Shown here one piece after another: positions 12,546-24,760 of a stretch of 64,000 bases of DNA; position 1 is the stretch's first letter, and each line of letters begins with the position of its first letter. Below the pieces are notes generated by a model. The model searched no databases. It worked only from the letters and a program-made list of their open reading frames with translations, and was not told where the DNA came from. Source of the DNA: Octopus sinensis (taxonomy: Eukaryota); contig NC_042997.1 of NCBI RefSeq assembly GCF_006345805.1, positions 34,224,001 through 34,288,000 on the forward strand, written 5' to 3'. The translations under genes and the position numbers were made by a program.

Positions 12546-12879
12546 GCTAGCGAATCAACACACACACACACATATATATACACACGCGTATAGTATAAAT
12601 GAATGGTAACTAGTTGTTAGGGTGTTATTTTCTCGATCATTAGGTCATGGATTCGGTTTCGGTGCCAGCCGGTGGATTGAGTCCTTGAACATGGCGTTGC
12701 ATTTTACGTTGCCTGGATGGATCCCTTTCTTCTATCAGCTATCGTATCAGCCATGTTCTGCTGGAAAAGATCCGAGATATTCCTGCCTGCTTGCGACAAC
12801 ATAAGCTCTTAAAACAATTATCGAAATCATTCTACGTGCTATGATCAAACCCATTTTTATGTGGCGGCTATAGTAATGA

Positions 12880-12880
<1 letters not shown>

Positions 12881-12975
<95 letters not shown>
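12881..12975. repeat. (ATCT)n tetranucleotide microsatellite
   Basis: Direct reading. Confidence 0.95.
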
Positions 12976-13120
12976 CACCTGCCTGTCAGTCTGTCGGTCC
13001 GTCTATCCGTCCTTCTGTCTGTTTGGTCCGTCCTTCTTTCTGTCTGTATATATGTATATCATTCACACACGGAAGTCAGCTTAAGGTCAACTTTTACTTA
13101 CATACGCCCAATTTGATGCT

Positions 13121-13975
13121 TTACCACTAATTCAGTTTTAACTCAATCTTAATTCGTTTTTTTTTCATTATGGTGAACCAGTAGTAAGCTACATTTTGAC
13201 ATAAAAAAATTAGAATTTGGTTCAGTAGAAAAAAGGTTGTGCTAAAAACTGCTGGGCCAAAAATGAGAAAGTAACGCCTAAAGTTGACTGACTCAAAATA
13301 TCCCAGGTATTTCAAAAGCAAATTGTATTTTAGTAATATCTTTTTAAAAGAAGTTGAGTTGAATCTTTTGGTGAAAACCTCTTTAAAAGATATTAGACAG
13401 AAAAAAGTTATGCTGCTTTAAGTAGCCGAAAACATGGTAAGTAACTTCTAAAATTGACTTTGAGACAAAATATCTCAGGTATTTCAAAGCCAAACTATAT
13501 TTTAATTATATATTTTTAAAAGAGGTCGATGAGTAGGATGTTTTGGGGGGAAAAAACCCCGTTAAAAGATATTAGAAAAAAGGTTTAAGTGATGAAAAAA
13601 AAAGCGATAATTAATTGTTTCCAACTTTTACTCACCCACGGCAACTTAACGCTTTACCATTAATTCAGTTTTAGACCAATCTTAATTCGATCTATTGCAC
13701 TATGTTGGAACAGAGGGGAGCTACATTTTCTCATAAAACAATCGAAATTTGGTTCAATAGAAAGAATTTATGATAAAAAAAGTAGGGGCAAAAATGTCAG
13801 AGTAACGCTCAATATTTGCTTTGACTCGTAATTTTTCAGTTATTTAAAAGAAAAAGATTAATTATAACTATGGAAAAGACCTCAATGAGTAGGATCTTTT
13901 GATGAAGACCTTGTTAAAATATATGAGATAGAAAAAAAAAAGTTATGCAGCTTTTAAGTAGCCAAAATATTGGTG
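13121..13975. repeat. Old degenerate tandem duplication (~530-bp unit with internal ~170-bp repeats)
   Basis: TTACCA(C/T)TAATTCAGTTTTA..CAATCTTAATTCG occurs at about 13121 and 13655; internal CAAAATATC.CAGGTATTTCAAA recurs. Confidence 0.6.
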
Positions 13976-13984
13976 CAAAAATGT

Positions 13985-14641
13985 ACAAGGCCGCAGTAGA
14001 GTCCTCATTTAGAAACAGCCACAGGGATTTGACGGCAAAGTGTTATGGGAGGCCTAACGTATCCAGTCTGAGCTATTGGCTGACCAGAATGGTTGGAATG
14101 ATGGGCAAAGAGCAGTTCAATTGCCACTAGTCTAGCTGTACTAAAGGTATTGATCTAGTTGTCTGTGGATGACAAAAACTGTTATTCTTCACTAGTTGAA
14201 GTGTAGGAGATATGGTACTATGTACATGAGTGAAGTGCACAGGGTAGGATTTCGGACCTACGTAAGGGCTAGAAGAAATAACTCCAAAAGCTTGCTCAAG
14301 AACTTTTGACTCTTATTCTGAAAGAGTAGTTTATTGACGCTTTGGACAGTGAAGAGTTCGAAGTTCAAGTGAAACAAGCACAGCTGGATACTATGCAAGA
14401 GGCATTAGCTAGAGCTCTGGAATTTGAGTTGTATTTGAGGTCTAGCACAGGAAGATTACATATAGATTGAAGTTCCGGATTAAAAGCAACGAAAGGGCAA
14501 GTACGTGAAGCAGAAAGATTTAATGGAAGTTATTGGTACTGCGAGAAGGTCGGAGATAAAAGAGAAAGAACAAGAGACGGTTGGAATAATTTGTTGGCAC
14601 TGTGGGAAGTTGGTATACAAGAAGCAAGGTTGTTACAGCCT

Positions 14642-14690
<49 letters not shown>

Positions 14691-15070
14691 AAAAGCAGGA
14701 TGGTAGTAAAATGTTCACACTTAGGAGAGAGTGTGAGGCATGTGGGGAAAAGGGACATCTCAGTTTTGACAGCCCTGCGCGAAAGAAGAATAGTAAGAAG
14801 TTAACAAAAGACAAAGGAGAGTCGGAAAACTAGAAGGGGCTGGTGTTAAGGAGCAACTGCCAGTCGAATATTCCAAAGAAGCCCCAACCCCGAACAGATG
14901 TAAAAGGACTGTAATTGACAGCGAACAAGTGGATGGTAGAACTGACGGTCAGAAGTGTCGCCTTGTAATTGATTCAGCCTCAGGGCAGACTTTTGTGAGA
15001 CCCGAGATGTTACAGCATCCAGACCAACCAGAGTCATCATGCTACTTGTGTGGTGTCATCGGACCAATAA
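13985..15070 (+). pseudogene. Ty3/Gypsy LTR-retrotransposon gag-protease relic
   Basis: FDGKVLWEA...QNGWNDGQRAVQL; FIDALDSEEFEVQVKQAQLDTMQEALARALEFE; degenerate zinc knuckles (CWHCGKLVYKKQGC, CEACGEKGH); protease-like CRLVIDSAS. A (GA)n tract is inserted at 14643-14688. Confidence 0.8.
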
Positions 15071-15256
15071 TAAAACAAAGAAAATATTTTTATTACTTAA
15101 ATAGGCTTAAATTTACTATAACCAGACATTTCATTTATTTACCTAATTTCTGTAAAAAATTTTAGTAAATAAAGAAATTTTAACAACTACTATTGCAGAA
15201 TATTATGGCAGTTATCACGTTATATTCACATATTAAAATAATTTAAAATACATTTA

Positions 15257-15661
15257 CAGGAGTGGCTGTGTGGTAAGTAGCTTGCTAACCAACCACATGG
15301 TTCCGGGTTCAGTCCCACTGCGTGGCATCTTGGGCAAGTGTCTTCTGCTATAGCCCCGGGCCGACCAATGCCTTGTGAGTGGATTTGGTAGACGGAAACT
15401 GAAAGAAGCCTGTCGTATATATGTATATATATATATGTATGTGTATGTGTGTCTGTGTTTGTGTGTCTGTGTCTGTCCCCCTAGCATTGCTTGACAACCG
15501 ATGCTGGTGTGTTTGCGTCCCCGTCACTTAGCGGTTCGGCAAAAGAGACCGATAGAATAAGTACTGGGCTTACAAAAGAATAAGTCCCGGGGTCGATTTG
15601 CTCGACTGAAGGCGGTGCTCCAGCATGGCCGTAGTCAAATGACTGAAACAAGTAAAGAGAG
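15257..15661 (+). mobile_element. SINE family A
   Basis: Near-consensus copy. Confidence 0.9.
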
Positions 15662-15911
15662 TCAAGCTTAGCAATAGTGAAATAATTTGGGTGAAAGATA
15701 GTTGATCAGTATTGAACGGTTTGGCTTTTTAAAATATTTAAAAAATATTTTTTAAAAATTCAAATTTTAATTTAGTTGCAATATTTAAGCTCTTTTCTTT
15801 CATTTTAGGCTTACTGTATTTTCCAGATTTATTAAATACTTAAGAATATTATTATCCCTTGCTCGCATATTTCAGTCTAGTATATATTGATATTCAATAT
15901 CTCACAGAAGT

Positions 15912-16074
15912 GGCGCAGGAGTGGCTGTGTGGTAAGTAGCTTGCTAACCAACCACATGGTTCCGGGTTCAGTCCCACTGCATGGCATCTTGTGCAAGTGT
16001 CTTCTGCTATAGCCCCCGGCCGACCAATGCCTTGTGAGTGTATTTGGTAGATGGAAACTGAAAGAAGCCTGTCG

Positions 16075-16105
<31 letters not shown>

Positions 16106-16135
16106 GATATATATATATATATATATTAATATATC

Positions 16136-16171
<36 letters not shown>

Positions 16172-16343
16172 CTTGACAACCGATGCTGGTGTGTTTACGT
16201 CCCCGTCACTTAGCGGTTCGGCAAAAGAGACCGATTGAATAAGTACTGGGCTTACAAAGAGTAAGTCCCGGGGTCGATTTGCTCGACTAAAGGCGGTGCT
16301 CCAGCATGGCCGCAGTCAAATGACTGAAACAAGTAAAAGAGAG
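15912..16343 (+). mobile_element. SINE family A inserted in the Tc1 left TIR
   Basis: Full copy flanked by AGAAGT at 15906-15911 and 16344-16349 (probable TSD). Confidence 0.9.
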
Positions 16344-16720
16344 AGAAGTATGTACACCGCTAAAAAATTTTCAGTAAAATTGCCATTACTCTGATAATAT
16401 GGAAGGAAATCAAACGGAATTTATACCGAATAAAATATATTATACATGCACACATTATACAAATTTGGAACACAAAGCAATGAATTTTTTTAAAGATATG
16501 AACGAAATACTAATTTTCAAACTTTACACGCTTATGTACACCCTAAAGGAAAAATGCAATATTCAATATTTTATCCACTTTTTAAAATTAAATTCAGATA
16601 TTGCTGATAATTTCAATTCTTATGAATTATTTCTGCTGGCATTTTTGCACCGGTCATTGTTATTGCATCTGCAGGAATTCTGATTTGTGTACCGTGGTGA
16701 AAATTTTCATTGTCATTAAA

Positions 16721-18395
16721 ATGACGCTAAAAGGAAATGAATTGTCTGAAGATTTAAAGAAAATTATTTTTAATTTGCACAAGAATGGTTTAGGATACAA
16801 GTTAATTAGCAAACGAATACATAGTAGCATAAACCAAGATGCCGAAGTAATTCAGAAATGCAAAGCTACTGGACGGCTAAGCAATAAACATTGTCCAAGT
16901 CGCCCTTCTATTTTAACTGTGCGTGATATTCGCCACATCCAGCGTTCCATGATTCATCTTTACGTCGTACCGATTCATCTTTACGTCGTACTAATTCATC
17001 TTTACGTTGTACCGATTCATCTTTGCATCGTACCGATTCATCTTTACGTTGTACCGATTCATCTTTACGTCGTACAGATTCATCTTTGCGTCGTACTAAT
17101 TCATCTTTGCGTCGTACCGATTCATCTTTACGTCGTACCGATTCATCTTTACGTCGTACTAATTCATCTTTGCGTCGTACCGATTCATCTTTGCGTCGTA
17201 CTAATTCATCTTTGCGTCGTACCGGTTCATCTTTGCTTCGTACCGATTCATCTTTACGTCCTACCGATTCATCTGTGCGTCGTACTAATTCATCTTTACG
17301 TCGTACTAATTCATCTTTACGTCGTACCGATTCATCTTTGCGTCGTACCGATTCATCTTTACGTCGTACTAATTCATCTTTGCGTCGTACCGATTCATCT
17401 TTGCGTCGTACTAATTCATCTTTGCGTCGTACCGATTCATCTTTGCTTCGTACCGATTCATCTTTACGTCGTACCGATTCATCTGTGCGTCGTACTAATT
17501 CATCGTACCGATTCATATTTGCGTCGTACCGATTCCTCTTTGCATCGTACTAATTCATCTTTGCGTCGTACCGATTCATATTTGCGTCGTACCGATTCAT
17601 ATTTGCGTCGTACTGATTCATCTTTGCGTCGTACCGATTCATCTTTGACCCAAGAAGTGTCTTCTGTTAGTGGAAAGAATGTATCCACCCAAACAGTTCA
17701 CCGACGTTTGAACCAGTGTGGTCTTCATGGACGCATTCCTCGTAGGAAGCCTCTCCTCACTACCAGGCTTAGATCAATTAGTCTTTCTTTTGCAGAAAGC
17801 TATGTAAGTAAGAGGATGGAGTTTTGGAATAAAATTCTCTTTTCTGATGAGTCTAAAATCAATTTGTTTGGATCAGATGGTATTAAACGAGTATGGCCAC
17901 GACCGGGTGAAGATAATAGTGAAAAATGCTCCGTGCCTACTGGGAAACACGACGGCGGAGGTGCTATACTTTGGGGATGCATGTGTGCGGCTGCGTGGAA
18001 TGACTAACATTTATTGAGAGAACAATGGATTCAAGGCTTTATTGTGAGACATTGCAGAAAACAATGCTGAAAAGCATCAAGGAACTAGAAAGGAAGACAT
18101 TCCATGGAACAACATGATAATGACCCTAAACACACTTCAAAGATGACGACTAAGTTTTTATCAGATACAAAGGTAAAGGCATTGCCTTGGCCTACCATGT
18201 CGGCTGATTTAAACCCAATAGAACATCTGTGGGGTGTTATGAAAAGGAAGGTTGAGGAGAAAAAAAACATTTGAAAGACATCATTCGGGATAAATGAAGG
18301 TCAATTTCATCGGTTATATGCGGAAATTAAGCCAACTTTATGCCCAGAAGACTTAATGCAGTCATTGAAAGCAAGGGCGGTCACACCAAATATTG
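16721..18395 (+). pseudogene. Tc1 DD34E transposase, disrupted
   Basis: MTLKGNELSEDLKK...(repeat insert)...GLHGRIPRRKPLL...ILFSDESKINLFGSDG...WGCM. After frameshifts: QHDNDPKHTSK...WPTMSADLNPIEHLW, with 34 residues between the second D and the E. Confidence 0.9.
16951..17647. repeat. 21-bp minisatellite (~33 units) inside the transposase ORF
   Basis: Unit GATTCATCTTT(A/G)CGTCGTAC(C/T), one 13-bp short unit near 17498-17510, and a 210-bp higher-order duplication. Confidence 0.97.
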
Positions 18396-18683
18396 AATAT
18401 AGCGAATAATCCATTTTTTAGGTTTGTTTGAAACTTAATATTTCGTTCATATCTTTGAAAATATTTATTGTTTTGTGTTCCAAATTTGTATAATGTTTGC
18501 ATGTATAATATATTTTATTCGGTACAAATTTCGTTTGATTTCATTCGATATTATCAGCTTAATGGCAATTTTACAAAAAGTGCACATAATTCTGTGAGAT
18601 ACTCTGTGTTTATATATATATATATATATGTATTGTAAACAAACTTACAAGTGCCGAGTGAGTCGGTATTCTACAAAAAATAA

Positions 18684-18868
18684 AAGAATTCTCGGACGCA
18701 GGATGGTCATGTAGACAGCTTAGAAAAATCGGCTAAATAGCCTTTGGAAGAGGTACAGGGCTTGATTCTCTGTAGAGGATTGCTAGTCAATTTCTCCCGT
18801 CTTCTAAAGGTTATTTACCCGATTTTCTAAGCTGTCTTCACAGTTATCCTGCATTCGAGAATTCCTTT
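18684..18868. repeat. Short foldback (~68-bp imperfect inverted arms, ~47-bp spacer)
   Basis: AAGAATTCTCG..GCAGGAT...GACAGCTTAGAAAAATCGG.TAAATA.CCTTT.GAAGA and its reverse complement at 18800-18868. Confidence 0.7.
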
Positions 18869-18869
18869 A

Positions 18870-18930
<61 letters not shown>

Positions 18931-18974
18931 CTCTCTCTGTATATATATATATAAATATATAAAGTTAATCCAAA

Positions 18975-19150
18975 CATGAAAACACAAAGAGAAAACACAA
19001 CAACGCGAGGACGTGGAACAAATATAGTATTATTGGACGCTCAGGAAAGAAGGAAAGAAGGAGGGTTCAACGTTTCGAGCGGAGCTCTTCGTCGGAAACA
19101 TAGGAGAAGGAAAGATCCAGAGAAGAGAAGACAGAGGAAAAAATCTCCAA
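18975..19150 (-). mobile_element. Penelope pLTR-like fragment with minimal hammerhead (19065-19099, U4C)
   Basis: Minus strand GTTT-CCGACGA-A-GAGC(TCC)GCTC-GAAA-CG-TT-GAAC; flanked by (TA)n. Confidence 0.6.
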
Positions 19151-19189
19151 CGGTATATATATATATATATATATATATATAACAAGATG

Positions 19190-20235
19190 GATAAGAAACA
19201 AATTATTCTTTGGTGTGAATTGCTATATCTAATCAAGATAATATTTCCCCTCATTATTGATAGCATCATCTCATCTATGAAGTGGTTGTTGATATCTCTG
19301 GCGTTAATTTGTTCAGGTTACGAAGCATCGTTGGCGTCTTCACAATTAATAAACTCTCTAAATGATTTTACAAATATGGTAGTCAAACGGGGCAAGGTCT
19401 GGAGAGTATGAAGGTCGAGGCACAATTTCCATATGGAGTACTATAATATCTTCCTGCGTAACCTAGTTAATATGCAGTTTTGCATTATCGTGTAAGCACC
19501 ACTTCTTTGTATTTAACCAATGATGGGTACGTTTTATGCAAGTTGTTGTCCAATGCTTCTAATTGAAGTCGATATTCTACCACATTAACTATTTCGTTTG
19601 GTGTAACACTCTGTGATTATCTACACCTTTCATAACCCACCAAACTCAGTGCATAACATTTTTCGTGTGTAATCTTGGTTTGGGCATGGGTTATCTTATC
19701 TCACTGGGTGTAATCATTATCGTTTTTGTTGGAGATAATCATAGAGAATCAACTTTTCATCACTTTTTATGATCCTACCAAGAAAATTGTCGGAGCAGGG
19801 GGTAACTCTTTGATTAAGTCGAGAATTCGATGTTGATGGATCCACTGACCGACTTTTAGGCACTTTTCCTGGTTTACGAAGATGCTTTACAATTGAAACG
19901 TGACTTGAAAAATTGAATTGAGCTGTTTTGTTAATTCTCGTACAGTTTGCTTTGGATTTTTATTTTTCTCAATTTCGGTTTTCTGAAGCCCAATATTGAC
20001 AAAACTCGGTCGTCCAGATCGAAGAAATGCTGCAAGAGAACAATTTCTCAATCGAAACTGGCCAAACCATCATTGGCATGTCTAAACGCTCAAAGTCACA
20101 TTTCCATAGACAGAAGATTTGTTACTTGTCTTTCCCATTGGCGAAGAGCCTCTTTGGAATTCACTCTAGGATGTAGTGTCTGATATGAATCTGGCCTAAA
20201 TTCGTTTTGAAAGGGTAAAATCGACGAGAATTTAA
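19190..20235 (-). pseudogene. Full-length mariner (DD34D) transposase fossil
   Basis: HIRHYIL..EFQRG...RSGRPS...QTVRELTKQLN...VGQWIH...RIIKSDEK...HDNAKLH...RPSYSPDLAPFDY, with 34 residues between the second and third D; many stops. Confidence 0.85.
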
Positions 20236-20406
20236 CTGCTTAATATAAACAAAGGAAAAAAAAAACCCATTACAATGTAAACGTCAGTATTTATTTCCCC
20301 GTGCGTATTGAAAAGTGTCCTCAAAGTAATTATTGACAAAAACTGTGACATATCTTTCCTTCCGATATATGTAATATAAATCAGGAAGAAACAGGTGAGA
20401 TAGAGA

Positions 20407-20449
20407 GTCGCTGAAGAGGTCACAGGATGTGTGACGAAAGAGTTCCAGC
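20407..20449 (+). ncRNA. Degenerate type-I hammerhead motif
   Basis: CTGAAGA-G-GTCAC(AGGATGT)GTGAC-GAAA-GAG-TTC; stems I and III are weak. Confidence 0.45.
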
Positions 20450-20604
20450 AAAGGACATATAATAATAATAATAATAATAATAAATATAAAGTGAAGAATG
20501 AATATATAGTGCATGCGTTTATTTGTCAAAAATAAATAAATAAATAACTGAAATGACCATCCCGAAATATAACAATATATATATGTAAATCCTTAAATCC
20601 TTAA

Positions 20605-20900
20605 AAAGTTTTCAACCCGAAAGTTGCGGCCATGCTGGGGTATATCACCGTTGAATGAGCTACACTTGGATGTGAAACCACTTCTGATACGTGGCACTTG
20701 GTCAACAAGGGAGTTCGACGCCGCTGCCTGCATCTGTGTTTCCTGCCGAGAGGTAGGTTCATCTGGAACCCTTGACAAGAAGAGATCCAGTTTAGTTTTA
20801 AAGAAACCCACATCCACACCATGCAGGTCTCTCAGGCATTTAGGAAGGATATTGAAGAGCTGTGGTCCCCTGAAACCCAAGCTGTTGCAGTATCTGGTTA
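20605..20900 (-). mobile_element. 3' end of a CR1/Jockey-group LINE
   Basis: RYCNSLGFRGPQLFNILPKCLRDLHGVDVGFFKTKLDLFLSRVPDEP followed by a 3' tail; second copy at 31020-31320. Confidence 0.75.
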
Positions 20901-20909
20901 TGTATTTTA

Positions 20910-20976
<67 letters not shown>

Positions 20977-21049
20977 TATATATAATATATATATATATAG
21001 ATATATATATGAAAAAAACAATTTAAATTGTGCAAAACAAGAGTATTGT

Positions 21050-21450
21050 TTTCCAGTAAATTAAAGCACCATACGGTTAAAGTATAAACATAAATATAAA
21101 ATGGTGGTACAACAAAGCATCAATATTTACTGGAAATAGCAGTCAATAATATACGACGCTATAATAAAGCTTCACTGTATATATACTGGCAAAGATGTGT
21201 GCGGGCAGCGAAATTTCATCTTACCCGTAGGAAGAACATCAATACATGTTCAACCCAGATGTAGATAATCTAGGACCTAGGTTTCAAACTCTAAAGGTAA
21301 GAAGAAATTTCTTATGTTCGCCGCCCGCACACATCTTTGCCAGTATATATACAGTGAAGATTTATTATAGCATCATGACTGCTATTTCCAGTAAATATTG
21401 GTGCATTGTTGTACCATCATTCTATATTCCTATTTATACTTTAACCGTAT
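21050..21450. mobile_element. Foldback element (arms ~21050-21218 / 21304-21450); third partial copy 21900-22100
   Basis: ACTGTATATATACTGGCAAAGATGTGTGCGGGC and its reverse complement; the spacer carries half a hammerhead (GAAACCTAGGTC). Confidence 0.7.
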
Positions 21451-21457
21451 AGGCATA

Positions 21458-21738
21458 GGCGTAGGAGTGGCTGTGTGGTAAGTAGCTTGCTTACGAACCA
21501 CATGGCATCTCGGGCCGACCAAAGCTTTGTGAGTGGATTTGGTAGACGGATACTGAAAGATGCTGGTGTGTTTAAGTCCTTGTAAATTAGCGGTTCGGCA
21601 AAAGAGCCAGATAGAATAAGTATACTAGGGTCACAAAGAATAATTCCTGGGGTCGATTTGCTCAACTAAAGGCGGCGCTCCAGCATGGCCACAGTAAAAT
21701 GACTGAAACAAATGAAAGAGTAAAAGAATAAAAGAGTA
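21458..21738 (+). mobile_element. SINE family A, internally deleted
   Basis: Head, partial body and GAGTAAAA tail. Confidence 0.8.
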
Positions 21739-21902
21739 TGATGCTTTATTTTACTGGATAACAATATTCTTGTATTGCACTATTTAAATTTTTTTTCTTT
21801 GAAAACATTTTCACTTTTCTCGCTTCTGTTAGTGGCTAGGCGTTCACCGAGTATACTGTCATTGATGTGACAACATTTGAAATTTTGTTTCGGTAAATGT
21901 AA

Positions 21903-21941
21903 CTGAGGAGAACGTATCTTGAAGAGTTTGAAACCTAGGTC
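21903..21941 (+). ncRNA. Type-I hammerhead motif with disrupted stem I
   Basis: CTGAGGA-GAAC...GTTT-GAAA-CCTAGG-TC; palindromic stem III ACCTAGGT and a GUC site. Confidence 0.5.
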
Positions 21942-22103
21942 AACACCTGATGTTCTTCCTACAGGTAAGCTGTAATTTCTTAAGTTCGCCTCCCGCACAC
22001 ATCTTTGCCAGTATATATGTAAATACAATGAAGCTTTTTTCATAGCATCTTATATTATCAACTACTATTTTCAGTAAATATTGGTGCATTGTTGTACCAC
22101 CAG

Positions 22104-22490
<387 letters not shown>

Positions 22491-23104
22491 ATTTGTATAT
22501 ATTTATATATATTTATGTATATCTGTGTGTTTGTGTATGTGTATATTATTGTATTATCCTTTATAATAAAGTACATTTTACCTCTTGCGAAGAAAGCTAT
22601 GATAATTGTTAAACGAAAAAACTAATCTGGACAGCAGATCAGGAAGGATGAAATATGGTTAGATCTGTTTGGATATGACTCTACTGTTTGTGTTAAGAGG
22701 CTACAGTTCTGTCTACAGCTTGTGTGTGTTGTTCATTACTCGTCGTTCACTGCTGTTGTATTTATGTAGTTGTTTTCAGTCAATTGCAGAACTGTTTAAA
22801 TCATTCTAATTCCTTCTGCTGTGTATGCTGTAATCTAAGTTTAGTTTTCCCTGAAATGTAACCTTGCACTATTAGTATTAGGGATGTAAAGTGGATGACC
22901 AGGGCAATAACTGGGATCCTCACACTTGTATGACATGCATAAGACGTCTATTAGGATGGCTTTATTGTATATATAAGATGCTTTATTATATAGCCTAATC
23001 TACCGTTAGCAAAGAGGCCAGGACACTACAGTGCTTAACTTTTAATAATAAATTGGAGCCTCTTAACACAACCAGTAGCATAACAAGTCGTAAAAGATGA
23101 AGGC

Positions 23105-23620
23105 ATTACACTCTTTTCCGACAGTCTAGTCTTCCACTGCCATCTCAACTCGAACTAAACTCCACTTATTTAGTTCAAATGTAAAATCTGTGCTTTTGTA
23201 TGGCTCTGAAACATGGAGAGCCACCTGCAGCAACTACAAGAAGATCCAGACCTTCATCAACAATGTCTCCGGCAGATCCTCCATCTGAAGTGGTTCGACA
23301 GAGTGTCAAACACCAACCTGTGGGAAAGGGCGAAACAGGAGCCCATACATGTTCAGATTAGACGAAGGAAAGGGAGATGGATCGGACACACACTGCGGAA
23401 AGAACCCTCAAATGTGACACGACAAGCACTTGACTGGAACTCGCAGGAGAAAAGGAAGAGAGGACGCCCGAAGCAGACATGGAAGCGGAGCATTTTGGAC
23501 GAGCTCAGGACCACCGGCCTGACATGGGAAGAAGATAAGAAACATGCCAATGACCGCAAAAAGCGGAAAACAACTGTTGAGGTCCTATGCTCCACAAAGG
23601 GCAAAAAGGATTAAGAAGTC
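23105..23620 (+). mobile_element. 3' fragment of a second RTE-type LINE
   Basis: TKLHLFSSNVKSVLLYGSETW...CLRQILHLKWFDRVSNTNLWERAKQEPI...WIGHTLRK...RKRGRPKQTWKR. Confidence 0.85.
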
Positions 23621-23639
23621 TTATTGATGCTGCAATGCA

Positions 23640-24760
23640 TCACATTTTCTGCCACAAAGAGATTTATATGATTTAATTCGTTATTTGAATACTTTTAGAA
23701 AGCAGGCAGAACTTGTATGTTTATGATTAAAGAGTTGGAATGTATTGCAATGAAATACTAAAATTTGTTTTCGGTTTCGGTTGCTTTATTCCCTGATTGG
23801 TGCTCTTGGTTATGAGCAAAATATGGAGTGGTGATTGTTAATTGATTCTTCAGAAGTCAACTTGAAAGCAGTTCATTTTCATAATGGCTGCAAACATGAA
23901 ATAATCGAACGACGGGATGAAGTTACTTTTGGAACAGTTTGATTATAAGTGAAATATCTGTGGAAATCAGATCATTGCCGTTCTATCTGGGGTGCTTCTA
24001 TGTAGCACCAAATACAGTAGATTTGATGTAAGTAGGGCAAGTAAAACCCATACTCTTTTACTTGTTTCAGTCATTTGACTGCGGCCATGCTGGAGCACCG
24101 CCTTTTTTAATCGAGCAACTCGACCCCGGGACTTATTCTTTTGTAAGCCCAGTGCTTATTCTATAGGATCTTTTGCCGGGACTGAACCCGGAACCATGTG
24201 GTTGGTAAACAAGCTACTTACCACGCGTATCTCACTTGTTCCAAGCAAGAAAAAGGCTTTACCTGTTAATGCTGAGCAATTGTACTTCCCTCTTTGCACA
24301 TCAATCTATGATTATGTTATGATTAAAGAAATTATTGATGTAGACCCTAAGACCAGAGATTTTTTTTAAGAGATGAGAGATTTGAGTGATTGCTGAATAA
24401 AGCTAAGAAAGCTGCTTTATAATGTTTCAAATGTGTCTGTTCAAAGTTCTTGAGAAACCAAGAGGCTGAAAATCATTCTGAAACAGAAGGTAAAATATTT
24501 TTAACGTAATGTGTCATTAAAGGCTAATTTTCTGGCCATTCGGACTTCTCTGGAAAAGCTGGTAACATTAATTGAGAAATAGGAACATTTTAATCAGGAT
24601 AATTTTAACATGGAAAAGCGTTACCACGGCAACTTAAACCTCAGTATTCTTGGTTATTACTGATGGACTCTTTAGAAAAGCGTGTTTAAGGACAAATACG
24701 ATAGAAAAACAAACCAAGCTCATATTACATCAAAAGCTATGGCTTTTGATTGTAATTTAG
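23640..24760 (+). pseudogene. DNA-transposase relic (unclassified invertebrate family), interrupted by a SINE A fragment at 24055-24225
   Basis: EW*LLIDSSEVNLKAV...MKLLLEQFDYK...ICG...TKY; NVSLKANFL...EHFNQD..MEKRYHGNLNLSILGYY*WTL resembles the widespread IDSSKxSLKAVL / ERFHQD-MEKRYQG-DYCW motif set. Confidence 0.7.

Larger units (their letters stand above)
15895..18603 (+). mobile_element. Tc1-family DNA transposon with long (~190 bp) terminal inverted repeats
   Basis: The left TIR (CAATATCTCACAGAAGT, then 16350-16522, split by a SINE) matches the reverse complement of 18420-18603 (…TTCTGTGAGATACT). The element contains a DD34E transposase. Confidence 0.88.

Noticed and set aside
16951-17647. 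21-bp array as a CRISPR locus
   Set aside because: Units are contiguous with no unique spacers, there are no cas genes, the context is eukaryotic, and the unit derives from the transposase.
17844-17850. CTGATGA as a hammerhead core (also near 45867)
   Set aside because: It is the S-D-E codons of the Tc1 catalytic motif, with no stem II/GAAA/stem III arrangement.
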